Positions 1 to 12,980 of a DNA stretch of 64,000 bases are shown one piece after another. This DNA is from Octopus vulgaris (Eukaryota). Position numbers and translations under genes: made by a program. The number at the start of each line of letters is the position of its first letter. Position 1 is the first letter of the stretch. The notes beneath the pieces were generated by a model that was not told the DNA's origin, made no database searches, and worked only from the letters and a program-made list of their open reading frames with translations. The stretch covers positions 106,330,001 to 106,394,000 of the forward strand of contig OX597814.1 in NCBI GenBank assembly GCA_951406725.2. The letters are read 5' to 3'.

Positions 1-203
1 CTGTGTTTGTCCCCCCAACATCGCTTGACAACCGATGGTGGTATATTTAAGTCCCCGTAACTTAACGGTTCGGCAAAAGAGACCGATAGAATAAGTACTA
101 GGCTTACAAAGAATAAGTCCTGGGGTCCATTTGCTCGAATAAAGGCGGTGCTCCAGCATGACCGCAGTCAAATGACTGAAACAAGTAAAAGAGTAAAAGA
201 GTA
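1..203 (+). mobile_element. SINE family A, 3' half (cut by window edge)
   Basis: Matches the 3' half of the copy at 23249-23648 (gaccgatagaataagtact...ggcggtgctccagcatg...gaaacaagtaaaagagtaaaagag). Confidence 0.85.
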
Positions 204-879
204 ATAGCAACCAGATTGAAGACAATTCTATTTCATGACTTAGAATCTCTAAAAACTGTCGAAATGAAGCTGATGGGTAGGATTTACACCGTCTTTTCCA
301 GGCAAGTTAGGAATAAATGAAATAACTTAGATGAAAGTGTCTTAAGGCAGGGCACCAGGTATATCAAACACGTGGTGTTAATAGTAACAGGTAGGTCTAT
401 CAGTTTGGTCATCGTAATGATGATGGCGATGATGATTATGATGGTGATGGTTAGAAGGAGGATTTGGTTTTTCTTGCTTATAAAACCAGCGCAAATATCA
501 AACATGTTAATACAACAACATTGAAGTGGAAATGTTTAGAAAAAGAACATAAATTATCAAAAGTGCAAAAGAGAGAACAGAAACAGTTTCGCGAAGACAG
601 AAACACACACACACACGCACACACACATAGTGGAACACAAGATGATGTTTGATCATTGTGTGGCGTGTTAATTTACATGCTACGCATCCACACACAACCA
701 CAGACACACACATACATATATACACACACTTTCATATACATACATTCACATACATATGAATATATGTCTGTGTGTGTATATGTGTTTGTAAGTGTGTGGG
801 TATGTACGTATATATGAATATTATATGTACATAATATAATATATATATATGTATGTATGTGTGTGTATATATATAGAGA

Positions 880-1068
880 GAGTTTACGAAAAAAAAGACA
901 AAAGACAAAAACAGGTGGCGTACAAAACAAACATATGTATTAGTATAACGCTCAGGAATAGAAAAAATCTTTTACGTTTCGAGCCTACGCTCTTCTACAA
1001 AAAGAGACACAGAAAAAAACAAGGAGAGAAAAAAATGCGTGGTCGTGGCTAACGATCTATCATGGCGA
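880..1068 (-). mobile_element. Short Penelope-type non-autonomous element with HHR-shaped motif (non-canonical core) at 968-1005
   Basis: Minus strand tcttt-TTGTAGA-a-gagc-gtag-gctc-GAAA-cg-TA-aaaga. Downstream ttcctgagcgt is shared with 41364-41540. (TA)n on both sides. Confidence 0.55.
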
Positions 1069-1101
1069 CTACATATATATACATATATATAGATATATGT
1101 A

Positions 1102-1190
<89 letters not shown>

Positions 1191-1193
<3 letters not shown>

Positions 1194-1531
1194 GGCGCAT
1201 GGCTCAGTGGTTAGAGCGTCGAGCTTACGATCGTGAGGTTGTGAGCTCGAATCCCGGACCGGGCTGCGTGTTGTGTTCTCGAGCAAGGCACTTTATTTCA
1301 CGTTGCTCCAGTTCACTCAGCTGTAGAAATGAGTTGCGACGTCACAGGTGCCTAGCTGTATCGACCTTTGTCTTTCCCTTGGATAACACTGGTGGCGTGG
1401 AGAGGGGAGGCTGGTATGCATGGGCGACTGCTGGTCTTCCATAAACAACCGTGCCCGGACTTGTGTCTAGGAGGGTAACTTTCTAGGTGCAATCCCATGG
1501 TCATTCATGACCGAAGGGGGTCTTTACCCTT
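1191..1531 (+). mobile_element. tRNA-derived SINE family C (V-SINE-like), full length, inserted in (TA)n
   Basis: A box tggctcagtgg, B-box-like gagctcgaatcc, central gtgttctcgagcaaggcactt. Near-identical to 52710-52946. (TA)n both sides. Confidence 0.85.
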
Positions 1532-1799
1532 TATATATATATATATATATGTATGTATTTATATATATAGCTTGTTAAGCCATGTGAGCAGAACCCGTAG
1601 ATTGTGTGAAGACACCAGACGTATGATAAGATGTCGAGTTGTTTTCATCCTGGTCGGTCATAAAAATATATATTGTTTATTAAATAATATTTATCTCTCA
1701 CCAGAGGGAGTACTTTTCTTTTGTTCATCTTACCATCAAAGAACAGTATACTGTGTGTGTTTGTGTTGTTGCTTGTGTTTTTCTCCTGAACATGAGAAG

Positions 1800-2325
1800 C
1801 ACAAACAGGACAGCGATGGACGCCTCTTCCAGTAGGTGTTCATTCACGCTGACCCCCTCCTTCATCCCACCATGGAATCTTTCATTGAGTGCTTAGCTTT
1901 TTTTTTTCAGATACAGCCAGATATAGAATGCAAAACATAACAGAAATGTTAGAACTAAAGTGATGCCTATGCCTGAAGCGTTCTAAGGTTGAGAAAAGGA
2001 CTGCGCGGTGCCAGTCCTACCTTCTAATTAAGGTACGCATTTGCCCAAAAGGAAGTTGACTTTACCCGTGGACGCAAACGAGGACCTGGTTGTTACATCA
2101 GGTTTTCGTTTTCTTGGAGAGAGATATTTAAACAAAGTCTAGGGACCATCACATACTGCTTTTGGATAGGGTTTCATTCATCTGAGTGTATTTCCTTTTT
2201 GACATGTTTAGTTTTGTACCCTACAAGACATCCAACAATAACCGCCCCTGTTACCAACCTGCTTGGTAGCGTTTCCGGTTTAGTTGCCGTCGGCCCTACC
2301 GCACGACGGTTTGTACCGCGTTACA
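1800..2325 (-). mobile_element. Possible very decayed RTE-type LINE remnant
   Basis: Minus-strand RFHGGMKEGVSVN resembles the RTE RT motif FHDGM; 2100-2150 resembles an RTE 5' UTR (recalled, not searched). Confidence 0.3.
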
Positions 2326-3356
2326 TGTTAGCAGTAATAATAGGAGCGACCTACCGTTGATATACGTCTATACATGCAAACATACACACACGCACGCACA
2401 CACATACACACACACACACATACACACACACACACATACACACACACACACATATATATATGCATATGTTGCTGGTATATGTGTGTTTGTATATGTATGT
2501 GTGCGTGTGTGTGGATGTAATATATACTCAGGAGTAATTCGGTAGATTCCATGCCAAGATATTTCAGACCTTCTCGGTTTTAAGTATCATCTACTGTATA
2601 AGAAGTGTCAAATTTCATGTTTATTTTTAATGAAGGTTGCTCGTATCATCATCTCCCTCTTTCAACCACTGCAGTCGGCGTGTGACATATCTCCTCATAC
2701 AATTCATAATAAGTAAACCGTATTGCATATCGATATCCGCGATTCGTTTCGTTTGCGTAGAACAATGAAACCAACCGATATCTAAACGTTTCTTACCATT
2801 ATTTTCTCTCTCATTCGCTCAAAAAACATTTTAGCAAATCATTGTTGCTAGGATTGCAAGCTCAATAACTGTTAGTCACACAAGAAATTAAATAAAGAAA
2901 ACCCACTCATCAAGTTTAATTGATTCAGCTATCAACGAGATGAACAGCCGTAAAGTAGACAAACATTTAAAAATATTGAACATGTCCTTGAGAGAACAGC
3001 TGGAATTATCCATTGATATTGGCGCTGAGGACAGACAAAGAGATTGAAGTGTTTACGACCCACGTCACTTACTAAATGTAATTCTTAACTATGGCACTTC
3101 TTCGGTCTTCAGAGACTCTAATCTGGAGAAAAGTTAAATAAAATGTTGTTTGTAATCTTCACGCTTCCATTGATGTAAATTTTGACGTTTATCACGTTAC
3201 AAGAGAAGCTTACAGGAATTCTTTAGATAACCGACAACCAAGCTATAAACTATTTTTCTAACGTTTTATATCTCAATAGTAGGAACCGATATTTCAGTGT
3301 TTCAACGCACGGTGTGGTAATAGTTTTATATATGCAAACATACATTCGTGTGTGTG

Positions 3357-3404
<48 letters not shown>

Positions 3405-3679
3405 TGTACAAACACATATACATAAAGTAACGAAGGCAGCAATACGCAATATAAAACCAAAAAGGAAAATTTCAATTGTCACTAATAGTGACTGGTGGTG
3501 CAGGGTAATACCTACATTGCTAGAAATAAGAGCTAAAAGACCTTGTAGCCGCAGGAAGTAGATTGTCTATGTACTGACAGGGGAGATAACCGCCTCCATA
3601 TACATATACATTACGCGTTTGTGTGTATGTGAGAGAGAGAGTAAGAGTGAGAGTATGTGTGTGTGTGTGTGTGTGTGTG

Positions 3680-4580
3680 ATTCAGTTTTATTTCAAAATA
3701 TTTTGCCAATAGAGAAAGAGCCAGTTTCTAACCTAGTTGCAAAGCTCCTTCATTGGAATTTCAACAACATCAACAGGATATTTTTGTATGTATGTATGTA
3801 TGTATGTATGTATGTATGTATGTATGTATGTAGGTAGGTAGGTAGGTAGGTAGGTAGGTAGGTAGGTAGGTAGGTAGGTAGGTAGGTAGGTAGGTAGGTA
3901 TGCATGTGTGTAGATTGTTATGTTTCTATGTATGTATTCTTATGCACGTAATTGCATATCTAAACCAGTAGCGTAAGGGCGGCAAGGGGGGAGCAAGGTG
4001 GGTACGTGACCCGGGCGCCGATTGAAGTGAGGTGCAGAATTTACCATAACGCGATAAACTTGAACTCCATTTATAAAATTTATAAAAGTAAACATTTAAA
4101 AATTATATTTTGAATTACAGGCTGTACCAAACCGGTAGGTAAATGAACCCTTGTAAAGTAATTATTCCTAAAATATTGCCTTAAAACATTAATTACTGTT
4201 AACAAATAAGTACTATATAATATGGTGGATTTTGTAATGGTGGGGAGACATTTTTACGGCTTGCCCCAGGAGCGGATTACCCTACGCCAAAGTTTTACAA
4301 ATATTTACAGTTCCAGTGTTGGATTAGGTCTTCGAATCAGCCTTTTTCCTTTCTGGTTTTGTGAAGCCTAATTTCTGAAGACAGTTTGTTACATATCCAA
4401 GTGCCCCAATAATTACAGGTATAAACCTGAACTGATAATCTGAGAAGGGTAACTGTAGATTTCTGAATACTTCAGCATAGGTGTGTTCCTTTTCGCTAAG
4501 GTATCTTTAGCTTTATGTCAACATCCGTTGGAGTGCTGATTTCCACAACTGTGCACAGTTTCTCTTCTCTGTCCCAGATC
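3680..4580 (-). mobile_element. R4/Dong-like (RLE) non-LTR 3' fragment including 3' UTR with internal (CATA)n; interrupted by a MITE
   Basis: Minus 4580-4290 encodes WDREEKLCTVVEISTPTDVDIKLKI...FRFIPVIIGALGYV, homologous to 15819-16150 and 48480-48730. 3680-3785 matches 16226-16335. Confidence 0.75.
3966..4289. mobile_element. hAT-like MITE
   Basis: Imperfect termini cagtagcgtaaggg ... ccctacgcca (CAGTGGCGTA-type TIR) with GC-rich ends and an AT-rich interior; splits the R4-like 3' UTR. Confidence 0.55.
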
Positions 4581-4581
4581 A

Positions 4582-5054
4582 CTTTTCTTGGAGCTGGAAT
4601 TAAGTCCAGTGCATTAGAACTTCAATGAAAACCATGTCTGCTTTCCTCAGTCCCAGACTAGCAGCTGAGAGTGGATCACGTGTTACGGTTTAAGTTCCCA
4701 GATCACATCATATCAAGAACACTCCGCCAAGATATAATGATCTTCTAAAATTCCACCAAACAAGTGAACATGTGGGACCTGACTGCGCCCTGCGAGGAAT
4801 ACATGGGGGAACCTCATAAGAGGAAGCTTGCACAATGCCAGGAGCTGTTGGCGCAGTGCAGAAATCAGGGCTGGCAAGCACTTTGCGAAGCAATAGAAGT
4901 AGGCTGATGTGTTCTTGTGGTGCGTTCGTTAAGCAAAACTCTGACTAGCCTGGGAGTTACTGATACAGTAAACAGAAGAGATATAAATTCCATCACTGGG
5001 GCTGCAGAGCAGGTCACTAGGCGAGGGCTTTGGTTAATGAGGACAGACAAATGG
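4582..5054 (+). mobile_element. HERO-like (RLE) non-LTR retrotransposon C-terminal pseudogene fragment
   Basis: Frame from 4692: KFPDHIISRTLRQDIMIF*NSTKQVNMWDLTAPCEEYMGEPHKRKLAQCQELLAQCRNQGWQALCEAIEVG*...AAEQVTRRGLWLMRTDKW, resembling the LRPD..ELTVPWEE..GW..IEVGCRG..WLW pattern. Two in-frame stops. Confidence 0.75.
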
Positions 5055-5059
5055 TTTGT

Positions 5060-5392
5060 AAACACGCCAACACCTGTTATCAAGCGGTGATGAGGGAAAC
5101 AAACACAGACACAAAAACACACGCACTGATAAACACACACACGCACGCACACACATACACGCACACACACACACACGCACACACATATATATATATATAT
5201 ATCATAAGAGCTCACAAGGCACAATATATACGACGAGCTTCTTTCAGTTTCCGTTTACCAAATCCAGTCATAAGGCTTTGGTCGACTCGACGCTATAGTA
5301 GAAAAAACTTGCCCAAGGTGCCATGCAGGGGGATTGAACCCAGAACCATGCGGTAGGGAAGAAAGCTGCTTACAACACAGCCAAGCCTACTT
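5060..5392 (-). mobile_element. SINE family A (3' truncated)
   Basis: Reverse complement of the family A head and body (cttgcccaaggtgcc, tttcagtttccgtttaccaaatcc) with internal (CA)/(TA). Confidence 0.8.
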
Positions 5393-6240
5393 CTGTAACA
5401 CACACGCACATATATTCATACAGAGACGTTTACATGCGTATATGTACACACGCAGAGAAATACTCACGCGTACGCTGTATCAGCAAACATTCTGAGAGAT
5501 CAAGCCACAAATCAAACGATGCTAATAATTTAGAATTCAATCACACATTATTCATAATTCATTCACGACAATTTCAGAAAAACTCCACCGTTTCAAAGTG
5601 ATTTTACTTCTTTTTGATACAACCACGACGATATTTTCGGAATTGCTTTACTGGAATAGTAACCACTCAACATTAAATGCTATTGTATTTCAGATACTAT
5701 TTTATATGAATCGTCGTATATTTAATTCATGGCTGTTAGAATTTCCAACAAATTCCATTGAAGCTACATTTTCACTGGAATCTTCGCATTTATATAAAGA
5801 GAAAGAGAACATCGGCTACAGCGTCAAATTAATGAACCATTTACAAAACTAATTTGCAAACTTCTTCTCAGCAAAAAGAACAGAATCACATAATTTAAAT
5901 TTATTATTATTCTAGAAAGGAAATTGTACATTAGATATAAAGATCCTTTTTCTATGAGTATAGACAATAATCTGTCGCAGACGTCTGCGAGAGTGTAGTG
6001 AATTTCCTTCACAGTACATTCATTTAATTGAATACTAAAACATCACAGAGATGCTGTTGATGTAAAGATAAAGGACTTGTCGAAGGCGGCTGTTTGAATA
6101 TCACAGTAAGTAATGGAGCTTCCAGTTCTGATATGTCCTTGCTGACTGGGGCGGCCATGAAAATGAATAGAACAAATACCGACACCAATATACACATACA
6201 TAAATGCATAAACACATACATAAACACATACATACATACA

Positions 6241-6273
<33 letters not shown>

Positions 6274-6474
6274 GCATTATATGCATATATGTATGTATTT
6301 GTGTGAGTATTTGTTTGTGTGTATGTAAGAGTCTATATTGGTATAAGTGTATTATGTACGTCTATGTGTGCGTGTATGTATATGTATATATATATATATA
6401 TATGTATGTTTGCATATATATATACCCATACACACACGCACACTCACGCACGCACACACAGACACGCACGCTCA

Positions 6475-6512
<38 letters not shown>

Positions 6513-6536
6513 CACAAAGACACGCACACACACACA

Positions 6537-7113
6537 TGTATCAAGAAAGGGAAGCGGTCGGAATTTTGCATAAATCTTTATTAGCGCTTTCGTCTCCTTC
6601 TTAGAGACTTCTCAGATATAAGTTTTATAGAAAATTCCTTTACCTTTCATAAAAATCAAAATTAGGATGTTCTTTCTGTTCAGAAAAGTAGAGAAGGATG
6701 GAGAGAGAGAGGGGGGAATGAGAGAAAGAAAAAAAGAAACAAACAAACAAACAAACAAACAAACAAAGAGATGCTTTCAAAAACAACGACTAAATCCAAG
6801 TTGACGTCTTAAATTGTAATTAAGCTTCAACAGGGTGACCACCACGTCGGGACAATACCATTGAAAAGGAGCTCCTTTCTTGCTGTCTTTCTCTTTCCTC
6901 TCTTTATTTTTCTTTCCTTTCTCTTTCTTTCTTGTCTTTTTTCTTGTCTTTTTATCTCCTTTTCTAAACAAAACAAAACAACATCTCTTAGATTTCTATA
7001 AAAGGCGAAGAAATTTTCTGTAAAACTTATATCTGAGGAATCTCCACGAAGGAGACGAAAGCGCTATTAAAGAATTACCCAAAATTCTAACTACCTCCTT
7101 TTTCTTAATATAT
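6537..7113. repeat. Diverged inverted repeat (arms about 6537-6687 and 6958-7113), each arm carrying an HHR motif
   Basis: tagcgctttcgtctccttc...ctcagatataagtttta versus taaaacttatatctgag...gaaggagacgaaagcgcta. Confidence 0.85.
7026..7072 (+). ncRNA. Type I hammerhead ribozyme motif (stem mismatches)
   Basis: cttatat-CTGAGGA(7033-39)-a-tctcc-acgaa-ggaga-c-GAAA(7057-60)-gcgc-TA-ttaaag; palindromic stem III AGCGCT. Mirror copy on minus at 6576-6622 has core CTGAGAA. Confidence 0.7.
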
Positions 7114-7374
7114 GAAACCTATACACCGCTTCAAACAATCTATACACACACACATCATGGGCTCTTCGGTCGAAGACGACGCATTAGTGTTCAGCTTTTA
7201 CCGAACGACCTGCACAAATGTTTCTCATGACCAGACGTTCGTGCTGTACATTTGCTCACTCTCTCCATCAAATCGACGTTGCCTGAACAAATGCACAGAA
7301 TATCAGGCGACAGGTGTCGAAGTGATCGTAGAGCGACGTGTTTTGCTTAACAACACAACGCACCACCCGCTCTA

Positions 7375-7487
<113 letters not shown>

Positions 7488-7489
7488 TG

Positions 7490-8250
7490 AAACATTTTAA
7501 ACCCTTGCCGGATACAAATAAGTATGGAATCCTCTAACTTTGATCTGTCCTTCTTGGACAGGAATATCTTTAACAGCAACTTCCGATTATAAGAATGCGC
7601 TGTCTAGGGTATGTATAAGGTTACACCGAACACTCAGCGGAAGAGAATCAAGAAGCGGGAGGTGATCTTCTTTGATCCACCATGCCACCAAGACATCACC
7701 AGGAAAATAAACAGGAGTTTCTTAAGTATAAGACGGCATCATTTCCCAGCGATACACAACTGCAACTTGTTCTTCAAGTCACGTTATGTCATGCACGAAC
7801 AACAAAGCATCCTACATCAAATTCTACAAATACACAAATACTCTACACCATTTATTTACTTCTATTGTTAATATCCACCTACATTTCCTCTCAAGAAATC
7901 CTGATCCTCTCTAAAGTTGTCCTATACAGCAATCATAACTTTCCCGGATGTAATTGAAAAGAAGTATATTGGTTTACCTGCAAACACTTTTAAGAATCGT
8001 TTCCTTCTTCATTTCCTCGTATCCAAGACAATGAAAGAAGAAACATTCTACATTTATGTCATAATTCATCTCAAATTCTGTGACCTGGAAGTTTCATGAC
8101 CACCAACACAGTAACAAATCGTCAGAAGGCCAACTGGTACTTTCAGGAATCACAGAACTGTAGGCTTTGCTTAACAGAAATGTTTCAAACTCTGAAGCGA
8201 CCAAATTTATTGCCCAATTGCTGCCATCGAAGGATGATCTTTTTTTTTAA
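7490..8250 (+). mobile_element. Penelope-like element remnant (RT thumb/linker plus GIY-YIG endonuclease), frameshifted
   Basis: Colinear fragments DYKNALS; RKRIKKREVIFFDPPCHQDITRKINRSFLSIRRHHFP (cf. RKRNIIWFNPP..FL..HFP); KKYIGLPANTFKNRF (YIG..FK.R); CRLCLTE; CCHRR. Confidence 0.8.
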
Positions 8251-9315
8251 AAAATGCCAAAGCAACCGAATATCACAATTCCCTAACACAAAGCCTGCCC
8301 CCACCCCTGGAAGGAGCCCACCTTCATCTATACACTGACTTCATGTAATTCTATTTTGTAAACATATGAAGCTCCTCTCCACTTTTTCGGAAAATAGACA
8401 TGTGATAGCTACTCCTGGTCTTTTCCTGGGTGACCCGTCAAGCAAGGAGTCACTGCTTTTTGTAACATACTTTGTTCGAGCATTTTTTTAAAAACTGGAT
8501 CAAAGATAGAGGAATAGGCAAGTTGTGTCACAACAATCTTTTAATTTTCCAGACAAGATGAGAATAAAAGATAAAACATTGCTGATGTCGCTGCTGTTAT
8601 CTTTGGTATGATACTGTTTTAAATTAGTATTTAATTGAAATTAATATTTCTAGCACAATGACTTTTTGTGCTTTCAACAGGGCGCTGTAAACTTGAAGTT
8701 CGGCGTGGTTTTTTAATTTTTACATTATCTTTTTCATTTGAATTCTATTTTATCGCTACCCTTCCTTGTTTTTGCATTTAGAAGTAATTCGGGCGTTTGT
8801 ATACATTATCAAGACTTCAGATATTGTGGCCGTGGCGCAGAGCTCTTTTTCTTCTTCTAAGGCGACTATCTTACAATTCTGGCAAATATTGCAAATAAAA
8901 AGCCTAAACTTTTTAACAACAAACTCTTTCCTACTCCGAGTAATAGTATGGGAGCTTCAAAGAGTTTTCTTTTAATAAATATGTATGAAAAATACTTTAT
9001 CTTTCAAAGTAATCCGGTTAAAAATTTCAAAGTAGAGATAAGTTGAACATGGGGAGTGGAAACACAATTGATTTTTTGAGAATTAGGAAAACAAAAATAT
9101 GCATAGAAGTACATAACCAAAACTCCAAGACTTAAAAAGTACATATGCACAATATACTGAAAACAGCAATTGTAGATTCTACACTTATCTCATGTAAAGA
9201 ACTATCAATACCAGTGGAAAATAGACAAGGAAAAGAAAACACTGTACATTACCGAAAAAAAAAACACAGAGCTGCGTTTGGTTGTACAGTGAAAGCACGC
9301 AAAAAACATGACTAT

Positions 9316-9391
<76 letters not shown>

Positions 9392-10352
9392 AAAAAAACA
9401 AAAGTGTTTTTGGTAGTATAACTAATTCCATCATCATGAATGTCGTATCTCAGCGTAAATATTTTTGTTATCGAATTGGCAGATGTACGTGAAGAATTAA
9501 CGCAATGAATGCTTTTTTCAAAGATTTCATTCTTCTTATTTCCAGAACTTTCCTTATTTTTCCTTTATCTTCTTCTCCCTTTATTCCATCTTATCACGTG
9601 TTCTTTTTTCTTTTGTTCTTTGTTTTTTTTTTTGTCATTTACATATTTTTTTCATTCTTTTTGTCATTTTTTTTGTCATTGTTTTTGCCTTTCTTTCATC
9701 TCTCCTCACTCTTCTCCTTGTCATTCTCCATATCTTAAAATGCTGTTTTCGTCGAATTATAACACTTAATGTGGGTAATTCTGTATTTGATAACGTTGCC
9801 ATAGATAAACTGTGTCTGAAAAAAAACAGAATCTAAGACACAACAGCAATTACAATATCTAAAATATGGTGCTAACAGCCGTTCTCTTTCCTCAGATTAA
9901 ATATTATACATACTCGGTTGATTCGACTTATTGTGTCTCTTAAGCTGGTGAGTGATTCGTCATTGTCAACGGTGAACTTTAATCGCCATCAGAAACACGT
10001 CGTTCTGTGAGATAATAGTTGTATATCAAAAACTGTTTTCCCCAGTCTCACTAGAAATAGATTCCTGTAAGTCAGTCTGTGTTTAAGCCACAGAGGCTGT
10101 GATATCTACAACGTCGTATCGCAATTTAAATCCTATCCTTGTGTAACCATATTATGAACTTTCCGAAGTTATAGAAACAAAAGCATGAGTCATAGAAACC
10201 ATAGAAACCAGTTTCTATAACTTCGCAAAGTTGAACTATGAACTTTTATGTCTCTTTTTTCTTCTCTTTCCATCTCCTTATTCTTTTACTCCTTTCATCT
10301 ATGCTGCCATTTTATCGATCTCATTCTCATTTCCATATATTTTCCCTAATTT

Positions 10353-10408
10353 GTCTCTGATGATGGGATACCCCATTCTCGAGGATATCCCAGAAACAGC
10401 TGTAAGAT
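10353..10408 (+). ncRNA. Type I hammerhead ribozyme with intact catalytic core
   Basis: gtct-CTGATGA(10357-63)-tgggata-[15 nt]-tatccca-GAAA(10393-96)-cagctg-TA-agat; stems I, II and III all pair; GUA cleavage triplet ends at 10404. Confidence 0.8.
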
Positions 10409-10632
10409 TTTGAATTTCTTCCTGTAATATTATTGTATATGACTTGAGATGTTTGCCTTGCCTTAATGTTTGTTTTCCTCTGTAACAATTACATATCCGC
10501 TGCATTGGAAATCTGCAATGGCACCATAACTACTGTCTCGGCCATAACCTCAGAGCCACAGTAATCTGTTACAGCACTTACCTAGCGTACCTAATCGTTT
10601 AGATCACATGTGAACTGATCCCCCCCCCCATA

Positions 10633-10698
<66 letters not shown>

Positions 10699-10701
<3 letters not shown>

Positions 10702-10947
10702 GTTGCGGTGAATATATTGTCGTCTAAATTATGCAAAAATGAAAATAACACTGACATCACATTTTAACAGATATATTTAACAAAAGTACATGAAAATATC
10801 TTGAAATACTAAACAGTAAATTTATTCCGTAAAATCGCCATTAGCTTCAACCACAGCCTCCAAACGACTTCAGAATCTCCTGCAGCTCTTCTGGACGGTC
10901 TCCTTGTTTAAGTTGGGGAATGCTGGTATAAGCCCTGCCGCCAGTTC

Positions 10948-10950
<3 letters not shown>
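10699..10950 (-). mobile_element. Tc1/mariner transposon 3' end (transposase C-terminus plus terminus)
   Basis: Minus: ELAAGLIPAFPNLNKETVQKSCRRF*SRLEAVVEANGDFTE* (stop 10822-24); terminus TA|CAGGTTG abuts (TA)n. Confidence 0.75.
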
Positions 10951-10989
<39 letters not shown>

Positions 10990-11874
10990 TACATATATAT
11001 ACTACTGACAGTAAACACATGTTGTTCTATTTGATTTTTTTCGACAACTGATGAATTATTTAACCAATTAACCAATGGACTACTTTATTAATCATTTGAT
11101 CAATCGGTCAATTAGATTCGTTAAAATCCTTTCGCCACCATTCGCCATTTCACCAATGACGACCCCTCCCCTCAATCCAGGGTTGCTTCTTCAATAAATG
11201 AGTTCATACCAAGAATCTTGTGAAGCAAATAACGAAATATATTCTTCAGACTTCATATAATTACGTAAACATAGAGACTTAGTTACATAAAGACGGTCGT
11301 CTTTGTAATTTCCAGCAGTTTCCTCCTTGTTAGCTCCTGTTACTACACCTGACATTAGGAAATGAATCGCAACAACGTTTGATTTTATATCGGCAATTCT
11401 TCAAAGAGATATTTCTTCTAGCGTATATATGTACCGAATTAACATGTTCGGATACTGACAACAAACACAAGTCGAGTTTTTAATTCATAAAAAGGTACCT
11501 GAAGCTCTCATTTTCCGCATACTAGCACATATCTGGTTTTACCTAGCATCTGGCTTTCATTAATTCTCCAGCAAACATCCACAGAATTGAACTAACATTT
11601 GTAATTTGACGAGACGTTGGTAAGGCAATACAGCAGAAAAGTTCCAATTTGATACGATTGCTAACAATATTTAATTATGTTCTGCAATTGTAATTATTTG
11701 ATTTGATAGCAATATCACCTGGTTTTAACAAATGTCAGTTGTGGGGAAGAGTGCACAATAAATAACCTCATTGAAACGAAATTGAATTTTTCTTTTTATT
11801 CTTTTGTCGAGACAACTATTTTAAGATTTGTTTTAACGAGGTTGGGGAGCGTAACGAAAAAAGCAAACCGATAG

Positions 11875-12082
<208 letters not shown>

Positions 12083-12239
12083 CGGAGGATGAGGGTGGTG
12101 GAGGATAGGAAGCAACACCGAAATTCTCATTTGTGGCAACATTTTACATAAAAATATTTCTTTCTATGTTTATAAAAGATAGCAGAGATGTAATATAAGG
12201 AAAGGAACAGGGGTGGTTCAGTGTCATTTAACAAACACG

Positions 12240-12434
12240 CGCGCACACACACATACACATACAGACAAACACATACATGCATATCTATCTATCGCTCTCT
12301 CTCTCTCACTATTTTTTTTTATTCTCTTTCTCTCTCTCTCTATCTATCTATCTATCTCTATATATATACACATACACATGCACACACACATATATATATA
12401 TATATGTATATGCATGTATATGTATATGTTTGTT

Positions 12435-12499
<65 letters not shown>

Positions 12500-12568
12500 C
12501 TACATATATACATACACATATATGTACTTAAATACATACAACTATCTTTCCTCCCCTCTCTATCCCCT

Positions 12569-12658
<90 letters not shown>

Positions 12659-12700
12659 TATATACACACATGCATATTTGCATATATACTCAGACATAGA

Positions 12701-12743
<43 letters not shown>

Positions 12744-12980
12744 TAAGTATGTACATATTTATACGCATAGACATATACATATGCATATATACATTTATAC
12801 ATATGTACATAAATACATATATACATACGTATATACACACATAGGTATGTACATACATACATGCATAATACATACACATACATACATACATACATACATA
12901 CATACATACATACATACATACATACATACATACATACATACATACGTACATAGATACATACATGCATATATACCTATGTG
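12240..12980. repeat. Mosaic (CA)/(CT)/(TA)/(TG)/(CATA) low-complexity tract
   Basis: Direct reading. Confidence 0.9.

Noticed and set aside
1191-1265. tRNA-like sequences at SINE heads (also 45075, 47169, 49330)
   Set aside because: No complete cloverleaf or acceptor stem, and each continues into a repeat body; not tRNA genes.
1592-1602. aacccgtagat matches the 5' end of miR-100
   Set aside because: Only 11 nt match; the rest differs and I see no precursor hairpin.
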